Assembly: GCA_965113315.1 (NCBI GenBank)
Contig: OZ220377.1
From: Podarcis vaucheri
Lineage: Eukaryota
DNA: 64,000 nucleotides
Direction: 5' to 3' (one strand)
Positions 12,499 to 23,590 of the stretch are shown one piece after another. Each line of letters begins with the position of its first letter. The first letter of the stretch is position 1. Below the pieces are notes generated by a model. It saw only the letters and a list, made by a program, of their open reading frames with translations, had not been told where the DNA came from and searched no databases. The position numbers and the translations under genes are program-made.

Positions 12499-12829
12499 CG
12501 TGGTTTCAGGCAGAGGGCACTCCCAGCCTTGCCTGGAGAATGAACCTGGGATGTTCTACACGCAAGACAGCTGCTCTATTACTGAGCTACAGCCTTTACT
12601 GCGCTTCCAATAGGCCTCACTACCTGCATCAGGGCAGCAGACCTCAGTCCCCAAGGCTTGTTTGTTTTTGTGCAAGCAGGGAAGAGTTTTGCTGCATACA
12701 TTGGCAGCCTGCCCAGTATGCAGAAGGCCCTCCTTTGCCCCTCTGATCCCCATGTTTCCCGGCCCGGCACATATTCTCATAGGAATCCCTCTTTCGCCAT
12801 ACAGTATTAACACAGCCTTGTATCAAGTC

Positions 12830-13153
12830 AATGGGTTAAACCACAGAGCCTAGGACTTGCCGATCAGAAGGTCAGCGGTTCAAATCCCCGCGACGGGGTG
12901 AGCTCCCGTTGCTTGGTTCCTGCTCCTGCCAACCTAGCAGTTCGAAAGCACGTCAAAGTGCAAGTAGATAAGTAGCGGGAAGGTAAACAGCGCTTCCGTG
13001 CGCTGCTCTGGTTTGCCAGAAGCAGCTTAGTCATGCTGGCCACATGACCCGGAAGCTGTACACCGGCTCCCTCGGCCAATAAAGCGAGATGAGCGCCGCA
13101 ACCCCAGAGTCATCCACGACTGGACCTAATGGTCAGGGGTCCCTTTACCTTTA
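12830..13153 (+). mobile_element. Sauria SINE (Squam1/POM type), slightly 5'-truncated
   Basis: CTTGCCGATCAGAAGGTC...AACCTAGCAGTTCGAAAGC...GCTGGCCACATGACCCGGAAG...CCTTTACCTTTA tail. Confidence 0.9.
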
Positions 13154-13750
13154 TCTATATCAAATCAGGCCATTGGTCCATCAAGCTCTGTATTGTCTAC
13201 ACTGAATGGCAGCAGCTCTCCAAGGTTTCAGGTAGAGATCCTTCCAACCCCTGCTTGGAAATGCTGGGGACTGGGCTGGACTGGGGGCCTTTTGCATGCA
13301 AATGAAAGTACACAACCGCTGAGCTAGAGTTCCTTTCTGCAAATAGAATATAGGAAGCTCCCGTATACTAAGTCGCTTCACTGGTCCACGTAGCTCAGTA
13401 CTGTCTACACTGACTGGCAGTAGCTCTCCAGGGGGTTCCAGACAGGACCCTTTCCCAGCCCTGTTTGGAGATTCAAGGGATTGGATCTTGGAACTTACAC
13501 ATGCAAAGTAAATAAAAAGCAAGGTCCCAGTCCTCATTATTCTAAACAAGGAGCTGATTTAAACAGGAGAATAGGGAGGGCAATCCCAGCCCAGTATTGC
13601 CTACTCTGACTGTCAGTGTCTCTAAAGAGTTTCAGGGCAGATTCCTAGCTCTACCTGAAGATGCCAGGGATCAAACGTGGGACTTTCTGCATGCGAAACA
13701 GGTGCTTTGTCACCGTAGATGATGCTCCCCTTGAAAGCTTCTTGAAGCTT

Positions 13751-14191
13751 TAACTGTGACTTTAAGGATAAATGGGAACCCTTTACAAAGTATCTGAAGA
13801 TGCAACAAAGCGAACTGGACTCCTTGGCAGGTTTTGAATAAACATTCACAAACTTTTTATTGATAATAATCAGCTAAATAGTTTGAGGATCTATACAACT
13901 TTGTAACATGCAGAAAACAGCATTCTTAGAGAAACCAAAGACTGGAACTGAGGGAAGTCGGGGGTGGGGTGGGGTGGGGGTTCTGGGTGGGAGGGGGTTG
14001 GGAAGAAAAATGGGGGAGGACAAGGATGATATGTTTTTGGATAATATGTCTTGTTATAATTTTGAATTTTAAAAAAGTATTTATCTGGCAATTGGAAAAA
14101 AACTTTAAACCTTAGTGCTTAACTAAATCTAAATCTGTAATGTGTGTAATTATGTCAAAATAAAACAGATTTTATCTGTAAAAGAAAGAAA
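13751..14191 (+). mobile_element. 5'-truncated L1
   Basis: 18-bp TSD GAAAGCTTCTTGA(A/T)GCTT; FKDKWEPFTKYLK...* ORF2 end; AATAAA plus A-rich tail. Confidence 0.85.
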
Positions 14192-14484
14192 GAAAGCTTC
14201 TTGATGCTTATGCAAAACCGGCTCGCCCCGTGACCTAGGGAATTCTCTCTCTGCATGGTCTTCTGTCCATTTAAAACGACTACTGCTCCACTTTTAAACT
14301 AAATTAAATACATCTTTCCCCCCACCTCCAACTTGAGCTGCAGTTTTGGCACTTTCCCCGAAAAAGACCAAAGTTTCACACAGATGTATTGGGGATGTGG
14401 GCGGATGGAAACATGAACAGGCCGGCCGGAGGTGCGAGACTGTTTATGAGTAGCCAGAAACAAGGTGAGGTGTTTGCCTGATTT

Positions 14485-14546
14485 ATGACTCAGCGCCGAG
14501 GACTTCCCAAGCATGTGTTCTCGCTTTCTCCGAGGATGACTCAGCA
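14485..14546 (+). promoter_or_regulatory. Paired AP-1/ARE (NRF2/BACH-sMAF) motifs
   Basis: ATGACTCAGCG at 14485 and ATGACTCAGCA at 14536, in non-repetitive CpG-retaining sequence. Confidence 0.5.
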
Positions 14547-14874
14547 GAAAACTCCAGTTCCATAAGCCAAGTTGCTAGCATTTAAAGTTGACGGACTTCT
14601 CTGCCGGGCAAGTCAAGGCTTATTTAAGTTATATTCAGCTTGCACCTTCCCTGTGGGCAAGTTTCCGTGACAGACTTATAGAGGCACCAATAACCCTTGC
14701 ATGAATTACTTCTTCTTCTTTTCTTTTTTTTAAAACAGATGATCTGTTTATTGAGAGCGTTCGCTCTGATTTGCTAACTTCTGGGACAAAGTTAGATCAT
14801 ATCCGGAATTTACTAAGCATTTGGTTTGATTTGGTTGCGGGGAAAGTATATGACAATGAGCATCCATCTTGATT

Positions 14875-15020
14875 TAGAATAATAGAATTGTAGAGTTGGA
14901 AGGGACCCTGAGAATCATCTAGTCCAAAGGCCTTGCAATGTGGGAATATGCAGGTATCCCACACTGGGATCGAACCTGCAATCGTGGCGTCATCAGCACC
15001 ACGCTCTAACCAACTGAACA
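14875..15020 (-). mobile_element. tRNA-Ile-derived SINE with CR1 tail
   Basis: Reverse complement TCAGTTGGTTAGAGCGTGGTGCTGATGACGCC...GGTTCGATCCC plus CR1 tail; other copies at 22648-22750 and 62083-62225. Confidence 0.75.
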
Positions 15021-15429
15021 ATCTAAGCTGACTTGATTGTGGGGTGTTTTTACAATCTTCCAACTTGTTAAATCTCACACTTTTAATTGCATTTACCCAT
15101 AATTTTCCTACCCACAGAAGTCCATTTCTTTTCTTTTTAAAAAAACAAAAAGTGGTTTTGTTTAGAGCCCTTTAATCCACTGAAAATGTACAAACCTAAG
15201 CTTCCCTCCTGCAAAGGACTGGCTCTGTGGACACTGGGGAGGTTAGCTGGTCCATAGGGCAATTGGGGTATTGCCCCACTAATATCAGTTGGCTTAGTCT
15301 CAGTGCTGCTCTTGAGGAATTCAGCAGGGAGGCGGATGGGGACAAAACTGGTTGGTTCTGCCTTAACTTCTGGCTCCCTACCAGCCCTTATGGGCACCAG
15401 TCACCACTAACTCTGGAGGCACCTTATAC

Positions 15430-16030
15430 AGCAGGTGCTTTTTCTAGATTGAAACTATGGACCAAATTACAGCTGTTACTGCCGGATAAACAACTCTTCT
15501 TCCTTATTAAAGCTCTGTACAGTGATAGCAATTTGCAGGTTAGATGTGGGTTGCGGGGCCAACTTTCGGACTGTGCTGAGATGACATGGGGAGTGAGACA
15601 GGGCTGTATTTTGTCTCTCACATTGTTTAGCCTTTTCCTAAATGATTTAGAGGAAAGTCTAATGGACTCAGATGATCATCTCCCAGAAATAGGAACCAGA
15701 AATACCTCTCTTTTGGTATATGTGGATAATGTGACCATCCTCTCTTGTTCCAGACCTGGCTTGAAATACGAACTAAGGAAGCTCTCAGATTACTGTTCTG
15801 ACAACGGGTTATCCATCAACCATGAGAAATCCAAAATTTTGGTCTTTGATAAAAGATATTCCCCTTGTAAATGGGTACTAGATGGCCATAATCTAGAGCA
15901 GAATAAATGCTTCCGGTACCTAGGGCTGTTGTTTCACCACAGAAAGCCCAGGAATTGCCACCGGCAGACTATCTGTCAGAAGGCGGAGATGAGCAAACTT
16001 GCAATACTCCGTTTCTTTTTATCAAAGGTG
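15430..16030 (+). pseudogene. Degenerate non-LTR reverse transcriptase fragment (RTE-X-like)
   Basis: GVRQGCILS.TLFSLFLNDL, LLVYVDN (decayed YADD), LSINHEKSKILVF, FRYLG. Confidence 0.85.
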
Positions 16031-16270
16031 TCATAGACTTTGAAGATGTTTGAATTCAGGACAAAAGGGGGAACATGCTAAGAGGGAGACATGTTTGGCA
16101 AACCCTCACCATGATCAACTCCCGCCCAGAAACCTCTGTCGCCACTGTGGAAGGATGTGTGGATCCAGAATTGGCCTCCACAGTCACCTATGGACACACC
16201 GCTAAGACTTGTCATGGAAGACAAACTTGCTTGGATACGAGCGATCGCCAAAAAGAAGACTACACTGTGA
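16031..16270 (+). mobile_element. RTE-clade LINE 3' end
   Basis: C-terminal zinc knuckle CRHCGRMCGSRIGLHSHL followed by a short 3' UTR. Confidence 0.7.
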
Positions 16271-17534
16271 GCAGTTCAAACAAGTCAGGGATCAATTAAT
16301 TAAACCCCCACTGGTAAATTTAACTGGAAAATCCAAAACATTCCACCTCAAGTACCTCCTTGGAGAAAATGTCAAATGATACTACCCTGGTCGTGGCTAA
16401 GTTCCTCACGGAAGTATTAAGAAACAGAAACCTGCATACTCCGGATAAAACATAGCAACCACTTTGGTACCCTTTCCCAGTATTTCTGTTTTATTTTGCT
16501 TTTGAAAATGTTTTTGTGGGTCTTTGAACTGAAATGAATTTTATATAGACACACATACCACACACACATATATAGCAAGTGTAGGGCCCTGATCCAGATT
16601 GGGACCCTGGCATGGATAGGAGACAGGCTTTAATACTCCCTATTTTGGATTCCTGGTGCCCACAATTTCTTTTTGAAAAACCATTCACAGTTCCCACAAG
16701 GGTTGATTGGTAGAAAGGTGTTTCATCGGCTTGGTCATTTAACCACAATGGGTTAATTACTACCTTAAAATTCATTTTAAATATTAGTTACTACAGTTGA
16801 GGAAAAGCAATTTGAACAACCTTTGTAATTCCTTTAAAATCATTAGATACTTCCAGCTGCTTTTTAAGTATCTGCTTCCACATGCTGTCTCTCTGCCACC
16901 TATTCCCAGCTGATTTTTTTAATAAACGAATGTTCCTTCATACGTACAGCATGCCCTATCAAGGCCCAGAATAATGCTAATCAAAGCAATGTGATAATTT
17001 AACCATTCAGAAGAGAAATTACTTTTTCCCTACTTTCGTTTTGAAGAGATTTCTAATTAACAGTACAATCCTTTGCATGCTAACTTCTGTGTAGAGGATT
17101 GCAGTCAATGGCTCTATAGACACTCAATGGCTCTATAGACACTCTATAGACACTTTTTCTACGCCACTGTGGGAATGTGCCCGATTTTCAATGGGTCTTA
17201 CCCCCAGTATACTCTCTGTGGCTGCATATATGTGTGAAAGCACATGAACCCACCTAAAAGCATCCTGGGGCATCTTAGTACCCTTAGAAAACTACAGTTC
17301 CCAGGATTCTTTGGGGGAAGTCCTATTCTTTCTGTGTATGGTGTGAGTACAGTCTATGGAATTTGCCGCCTGTGGCTGCAACCCAGTACACCAGGTGTGG
17401 GGAACCTTTGGCCCACCAGACGTTGCTGAACTACAACTCCCAGAAACATGGGCAATGGTTGTGGCTGCTGGGAGTTGTCATTCAGCAACATCTGGCAGGC
17501 CAAAAGTTCCCCACACCTTGCTGCACACCAAAGA

Positions 17535-17773
17535 GCCAGCATGGTGTAGTGGTTAAGAGCGGTGGACTCGTAATCTGGTGAACCGGGTTCGCTTCCCCAC
17601 TCCTCCACATGCAACTGCTGGGTGACCTTGGGCTAGTCACACTTCTCTGAAGTCTCTCAGCCCCACTCACCTCACAGAGTGTTTGTTGTGGGGGACGAAG
17701 GGAAAGGAGAATGTTAGCCGCTTTGAGACTCCTTCGGGTAGTGTTAAAGCGGGATATCAAATCCAAACTCTTC
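17535..17773 (+). mobile_element. Squam3B-like (MIR/Ther1-derived) SINE
   Basis: tRNA head GTGTAGTGGTTAAGAGC; core GCTGGGTGACCTTGGGCTAGTCAC; ends ATCCAAACTCTTC. Confidence 0.85.
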
Positions 17774-18739
17774 AAAGCATGCACACAGAGCATGCATTCA
17801 TTGCAGAGCCGGCTTGCTCATTTGGCGGGGTGAAGCATCTGCCTCAGGCGGCAGAAACACAAGCACCCTGCCCGACGACTTCTGCCACCACTGGAACCCC
17901 TTTTCTCTTTAACTTTTTGGTGAAAGGGGAACTTTCCAGCATGTGGCATTGCTGTTTGTCTTCCTCACCACTGGGGTAGAGAAGATGTCATGGACTGGCT
18001 GCATGCAGAGACGTGGTGGGAGGCACCAGCTGGGGACCCCCAAGGGCACCCCTGGGGAAGAAGACTCCGAGCCGGTGGTGGGATGACGATGAGTGGTCAC
18101 AGGGAGAAGAAGGAGCAGACTGGGAGGAGCAGGTCAGAAACAGAAGAGGTAACAGGCTTTGGTGAGCAGGAAGAGGCTATGGCAGAGAGCAGTTCAGACT
18201 CTGAGGCAGAAGTGGAGGCTGGAGTGGTGTGGGGCCAGGAGACAGAGATGAGGCTGGCTGCTGAAGTAGCCAGGGAGTCTCCTCTTCCTGCTGTGACCAG
18301 CTCCCTTCTCCCCCCGTTCTCCTGGAACCTGCAGAGTTATGAAGAGGGCAGAGCAGAAGCGGGTTCTGTGCAGGCTCAGTCTATGACTGCTTGGGAAAGA
18401 CCCTGGAGAGGAGACAACTTAGGAATAGGGCAGGGCAATGTACATCGTCCAAAACCAGTTTCAAGTCCACATTGTGGTAACAGCTTCATAATACTCAACA
18501 TGGCGATATATCAGGAATCACAATGTGTGCGCGTGCTATGGAAAAAAAAGGGATGTGGGAAAAACCGTGGGCCCAGTCACCACTTCTTTCATGATTCCTG
18601 CCGCCCCTTTTGCTCTGTATTATAGAATAACACTTGTAACAATATAACATAAGTAAAACATATAAGGTAAGTTAAAATACTGTATATCAGTATTAGACCC
18701 CTAAGTAGCTGATGTTATCACCAGCTAAATATTGCAATA

Positions 18740-18943
18740 TAGTCGTACCTTGGTTTTCAAACAGCTTAGTTCTCAAATGTTTTGGCTCCCAGACGCTGCA
18801 AACCCGAAAGTGACGGTTCTGGTTTGTGAACTATTTTCAGAAGCCGAACGTCCGGTGCAGCTTCTGCAGCTTTGGTTTCTGAATGTTTTGGAAGTCAAAC
18901 AGACTTCCAGAACGGATTCCGTTCGGCTGCCAAGGTATGACTG
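18740..18943. mobile_element. Tigger-like MITE (CAGTCGTACC-type TIR)
   Basis: TIRs and TA TSD; homologous copy at 38575-38815. Confidence 0.75.
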
Positions 18944-18953
18944 TACTCATATA

Positions 18954-19115
18954 CAGTGGTACTTTGAGTTAAGAACTTAATTCGTGCTGCCGCCACACGA
19001 TTTCTGTTCTCATCCTGAAGCGAAATTCTTAACCCGAGGTACTATTTCTGGGTTAGCGGAGTCTGTAACCTGAAGCATCTGTAACCTAAAGTGTCTGTAA
19101 CCCGAGGTACCACTG
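18954..19115. mobile_element. Tigger-like MITE (CAGTGGTAC-type TIR)
   Basis: Same family as 5042-5250; TA TSD. Confidence 0.8.
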
Positions 19116-19559
19116 TATCACAATGTCTAAATAAGGATGGCACTACATAGAGGCAAAAGGGGCAATGTCCTGGCAACTGCTACTACTTAGGGGTCTAAAA
19201 TGTTGAAAACCAGACATTGCTCAGAAGTGGTGGGAAGGCAGGGACCTTCAGTCCTTGCAACAGCCCCGTTGGAGCAAGATCTACTGGAAAGAGTTGATGG
19301 GATCCCTAGGCCTGCACTGTTTGGGTTCCTTGAATAAAGAGTTGAGTATTTTTCTTCGATTGTTGACTTATGCTTGACTCCATCTTCTGATGGAAGATGA
19401 GCATCAAGGCCTTGTGGAGTGCTCCCTCGTTTGCCATTTGGTGAGGGGTGGGTGTGTGCATTCCAGCAGTTGCGGGAGGAAAGCGACACTGTGGGGCAGG
19501 GGGTGGCACATTCCCGTTTCGCCTCAGGTGGCGGAATGGGACAGGCTCGTTCATTGCAA

Positions 19560-19970
19560 CAGACTTGACAAGCTGGAACGTGCGCAGAGGAGGGCAACCC
19601 AGATGATCAGGGGCCTTATGAGGAACGGTTGAAGGAGCTGCATGGAAAAGACTGAGAGGAGATATGGTAGCCATCTTCAAATATCTCAAGGGCTGTAACG
19701 TGGAAGAGGGAACAAGCTTGTTTCCTCCTGCTCTGGAGGGCAGGACCCGAACCAATGGCTTCAAGTTACAAGAGATTCCGACTAAACATCTGGAAGAGTT
19801 TTCTGACAGTAAGAGCTGTTCGGCCGTGAAACAGACTCCCTCGGGAGATTGTGGACTCTCCTTCCTCGGAGGCTTTTAAGCAGAGGTTGGAAGGCCACCT
19901 GTCATGGATGCTTCAGCTGAGATTCCTGCGTTGCTGGGGGCTGGACTAGATGACCCTCAGGGTCCCTTCT
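19560..19970 (+). mobile_element. CR1 LINE 3' fragment
   Basis: DKLERAQRRATQMIRGL, LRGDMVAIFKYLKG and GRTRTNGFKLQ are typical of the CR1 ORF2 end; CR1 3' UTR follows. Confidence 0.9.
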
Positions 19971-22900
19971 GTGATATTTATGAGTAGGCCTGTACTGTAT
20001 GTCCCTGGTCTGTGTGAGTCGGAGACGGAGAAAACCCAGGCTCTTCCCATTATTGTTAGACTACAACTCCCATCTTCCCTGACCACAAGGGTTGGGCCCC
20101 AGGAGAGCTGGAGTCCATCAACATCTGCAGATCCACAAGTTCTCCTCGCCTGTGTGTTTCTCGAAGAGACTCCGACACATTTCTACATTTCCCTTTCTGA
20201 TCGGGGCTGGGACGTCTGTGTCTAATCAGCCGCCTGGTTTCTTCGCCTCCCGCTGCTTATGTGGCTTTCTAATGCGTCTCGATTTCTGAATTTCATCCAG
20301 GTGGTGTCACGGATTTCTTCCTTCTTCTTTTTTGCGGTTGGCCTCCTTTCTCGCCTTGCGTTTCCTGGAGGTTTGTTTTTAATTACTCGCCGAAGCGAGC
20401 CTGTGCCAAACACACACTCTTTCTCTCCCTGTATTTAAACACGTATGCCGTATATAGGCCAGATAGGTAAATCCAACTATGAAAGGAGCGGGGCGGCGGA
20501 AGGAGGGGGGGAGGGGAGGTGTTTGGAAGAGCCGAGTGACCCTTTGCAAAGGGATCAATAGCCACCATCCCACCCTTTGGCCTTCTTTTGAGCTGTGTTG
20601 TGCAGCCTCCGCTGTCAGCTCGTCCGTAGCTGCAGTCGATTCCTCACACCCCACCCCTTCCTTTTCGATGGAAGTAGCACGTCCCTGGTGGATTGCCACA
20701 AGCAAGGAGCTCCGGTTTAATGGGGCATCTCCTGCTCAGAGTAGCATCATCAGCATATTTCCGGGGGTATGGGAATGTGGATCTGAGTGCCTGTATCAGT
20801 AGGGGGTGGGGGGAATAAAAGGACGCCACCCGTCTCAAATCTGCAAGGCAGATTGCAAAACAAGGAAAATGTATGTGCCAGCCTCCTTCTGCATTTTTTT
20901 TTTTGGCTCCGCGCTGCCATTTCAAGTCGATTTTGTAGCGTTTGTTTTAAGACTCTGCTTCTCCTTCCCACCTCCCACAGAGGTGAAGTCGGTACACTGC
21001 AGTCGTAGGAAAGATGCCACCAGAGAATACAGAACTGGCACTGTGTGGAAGGGAATCCTTTCAAGAAGCGCTGCTGAAATGCATCCACAATGCAGCAGAA
21101 AAGCTGCAAACGGGGGGAAAAACAATGGAAAGCTTTGCAGATCAGTGGCTTAGCTGCTGGGGTTTTTTTTTGTTTTTTTTTGTTAAGAAAAGGTATTGCA
21201 GAGAAAAATATAAGTTGCAGGAGCACGGTGGGGGAAATTAGATGGTTGTGATGGTTACCGTTGCCAACTTTTTAATTGCCCCTGCTCCTGTGTCTTCCAT
21301 AGTGGACTGACCAAAAAAACAAACAAACCGTTAACAGGCAAAGCGTTTCCTGACAGGGGATCTAGGGATAAAGCGATGTGAGGAACCTTCACCTGCTTAA
21401 TGTTTGCACAATAGCCTCCCCATCTCTCTCCCCCCCCCACCTCTTCCCCCTTTTCTTCCTAATGTCTCAACAAATGAAACTGATTTGCAGAAATGTTACA
21501 TGGGGGGGGGGATACATTGCACACACTTTTGTAAATCAAGAAAATATTTAATAATAATAATAAAAAGACACAAGAGGAAAAGGGGCAACTTTAGGTATCC
21601 CTTGAAATATTAGTAATTCCTGCAGGGTTTAACATGAATCTGTTCTCCAGCGCAGGGACTTCCTGCCCCCAACTCAGCCCACCCCAGCTAGGACTTCACT
21701 ATGAAATATGTGAAGAAATATTAAGATTGCCATTTTATTTATTGCCTGCTCCTTTCTTTATTGGCTTTAAAAACAACAATATTATGTGCATTAATTTGTC
21801 ACCTTGTATATTTATTTATTTGTTCCGGCGACATCAAGGTGACTTATAGTAAAATCAGTCAGTAAACGGTCAATATATGTACTTCAGTAAGAGCAATAAC
21901 GTTGTTTTCAGTGGACCAGTTCTACACAAATAGATCCTGTTAATAGATCCATTTATTTCAGGTGGTTGTATTCCCACTACGCCCTGCTTAGCACAGACCT
22001 GATGACATGAATGTACCAAAGTTGGCTGTGTCCATTAATTTCAATGGGTCTACTCCAAGTGTGACCCACACAGCATATGACTCAAAAGAGTCTACTTTGA
22101 ATAGGGCTGGCATTGCATACAAGCCAATAAATATAAAATACACATTCACAAAACTACAAACAAAACCTCTTTCTTTTATTTTTTTAAAGCCCCCATAGTA
22201 ACATCCCATACCCAAGATTTTCACTTCCACAAGACACGTAGAAGATATTCCAATATGCTAAATAATATGAATATGCTGCCCATCAGACTGGGTTTCCCCA
22301 GCCACTCTGGGTGGCTTCCAACAGAATATAAAAAAAACATTATGATATATTAGACAATGAAAGTTTCCCGAAGCAGGGCTGCCTTCAGGTGTCTTCTAAA
22401 AGTTGTATAATTGTTTCACTCTTTGACATCTGACGGGAGGATGTTCCACAGGGCGGGCACCTCTACCGAGAAGGCCATCTGCCTGGTTCCCTGTAACTTC
22501 ACTTCTCACATTGGACCAGTGTTATGTGGTCCCGGTGGTTGCTACCAAGCACCAGTCCGGCAGCCGCATTCTGGATTAACAGAATATGTAACAGAGTCAA
22601 TTCCCCCACTTCCCGATGAAACTGGGTTCTCCATCCTTCTCTTCTGTGCATCCAACCCCCTTGCAATGCAGGAATATGCAGCTGTCCCATACGGGGATCG
22701 AACCTGCAACCTTGGAATTATCAGCACCACGCTCTAACCAACTGGGCTATGCAGATACTGGTGACTTTTCTTCCCGAAGGAAGCTCTTGTGTGGAGGACA
22801 AATATATTGATTTCTGTATTTCTGTATTTATGTTAATTAGAATTCTGATGTTAAGCCAAACCGAGTGTGACCTGTATATATCACTGATGAGACATACCTT

Positions 22901-23305
22901 TGGCCCTCCAGATGTTGTTGGGCATGGACTCTTATTGGCCTCAACCAGCATGGCCAAGGATCACAGGGTGATAGAAGTTGAACATCTGGAGTGCTGCAGG
23001 CCCTCCACCCCAGGGAAATGATGCAAGGGGGTTAGCTAATCTCATGGGAGGGTAGGTTGCTCAATGGCTATGAGCTGTCATAACGAAATGGAACCTCCAG
23101 GTTCAGAAATAGTATACCATAAGGCGGGGGAAAGCAATCGGAAGAGGGCTGTGGGTTTTACATCCTGCTTGTGGTCTTCCTGAAAGGATCTGGTTAGCCA
23201 TTGTGGGGAAACGGGACCTTTGGTCTTACCCAGCAGGGCTCTAAAGTTATATATATATCTGCTCCGCGAAGGAGAACAGACTATGTATTGACTGCTTTGG
23301 TTTCT

Positions 23306-23590
23306 TTTTTCTTTTTTAAATAGTAAATGTTATTAGTATTTTCCACACAACAACAAAAAATGAAAAATAACAATACACAAAACACAAGCGTATAAAAAAA
23401 CCCAAATCCAAATCTTACAAATAATATAAACACTAAAAAGGAAAACGAACATTGACTTCCACCAATCCCACAGCACCTCATTTACCTCTCATTGTATCTT
23501 CCTGTTTTCCTTATCATCTCTAGCCTAACATCTAGATATAAATCCCTCTTTCTTATCCTTTCACTTCACAAGGTTTTTCCAGACTTAGCC
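23306..23590 (-). mobile_element. L1 3' UTR fragment
   Basis: 16-bp perfect TSD GACTGCTTTGGTTTCT (23290-23305, 23591-23606); T-rich tail on the left. Confidence 0.8.

Larger units (their letters stand above)
11640..13715 (-). mobile_element. Cluster of about five same-orientation tRNA-Ala-headed SINE copies
   Basis: Repeated ...CATTGGTCCATCTAGCT...GTATTGTCTAC.CTGACTGGCAGCAGCTCTCCAGG... at about 11640, 11980, 13165, 13353 and 13593. Confidence 0.75.
17986..19392 (+). mobile_element. Degenerate solo LTR interrupted by nested DNA transposons
   Basis: Starts TGTCATG and ends CTGATG (decayed TGACA); flanked by GAAGA at 17981-17985 and 19393-19397; AATAAA near 19333; insertion 18442-19159 is bounded by direct repeat GGGCAATGT. 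Confidence 0.6.

Noticed and set aside
11895-12746. Repetitive ORFs (PVRGDNIELGELL)n and (SSILSPLTGSSSP)n, the first with RGD motifs
   Set aside because: By-product of a 39-bp (multiple of 3) SINE-derived minisatellite; frame broken by a 1-nt deletion; no gene context
15227-16036. 269-aa ORF as a functional reverse transcriptase
   Set aside because: Catalytic YADD has decayed to YVDN; both ends truncated; N-terminal part unrelated
17105-17153. 19-bp tandem duplication TCAATGGCTCTATAGACAC
   Set aside because: Ordinary slippage duplication with no further structure
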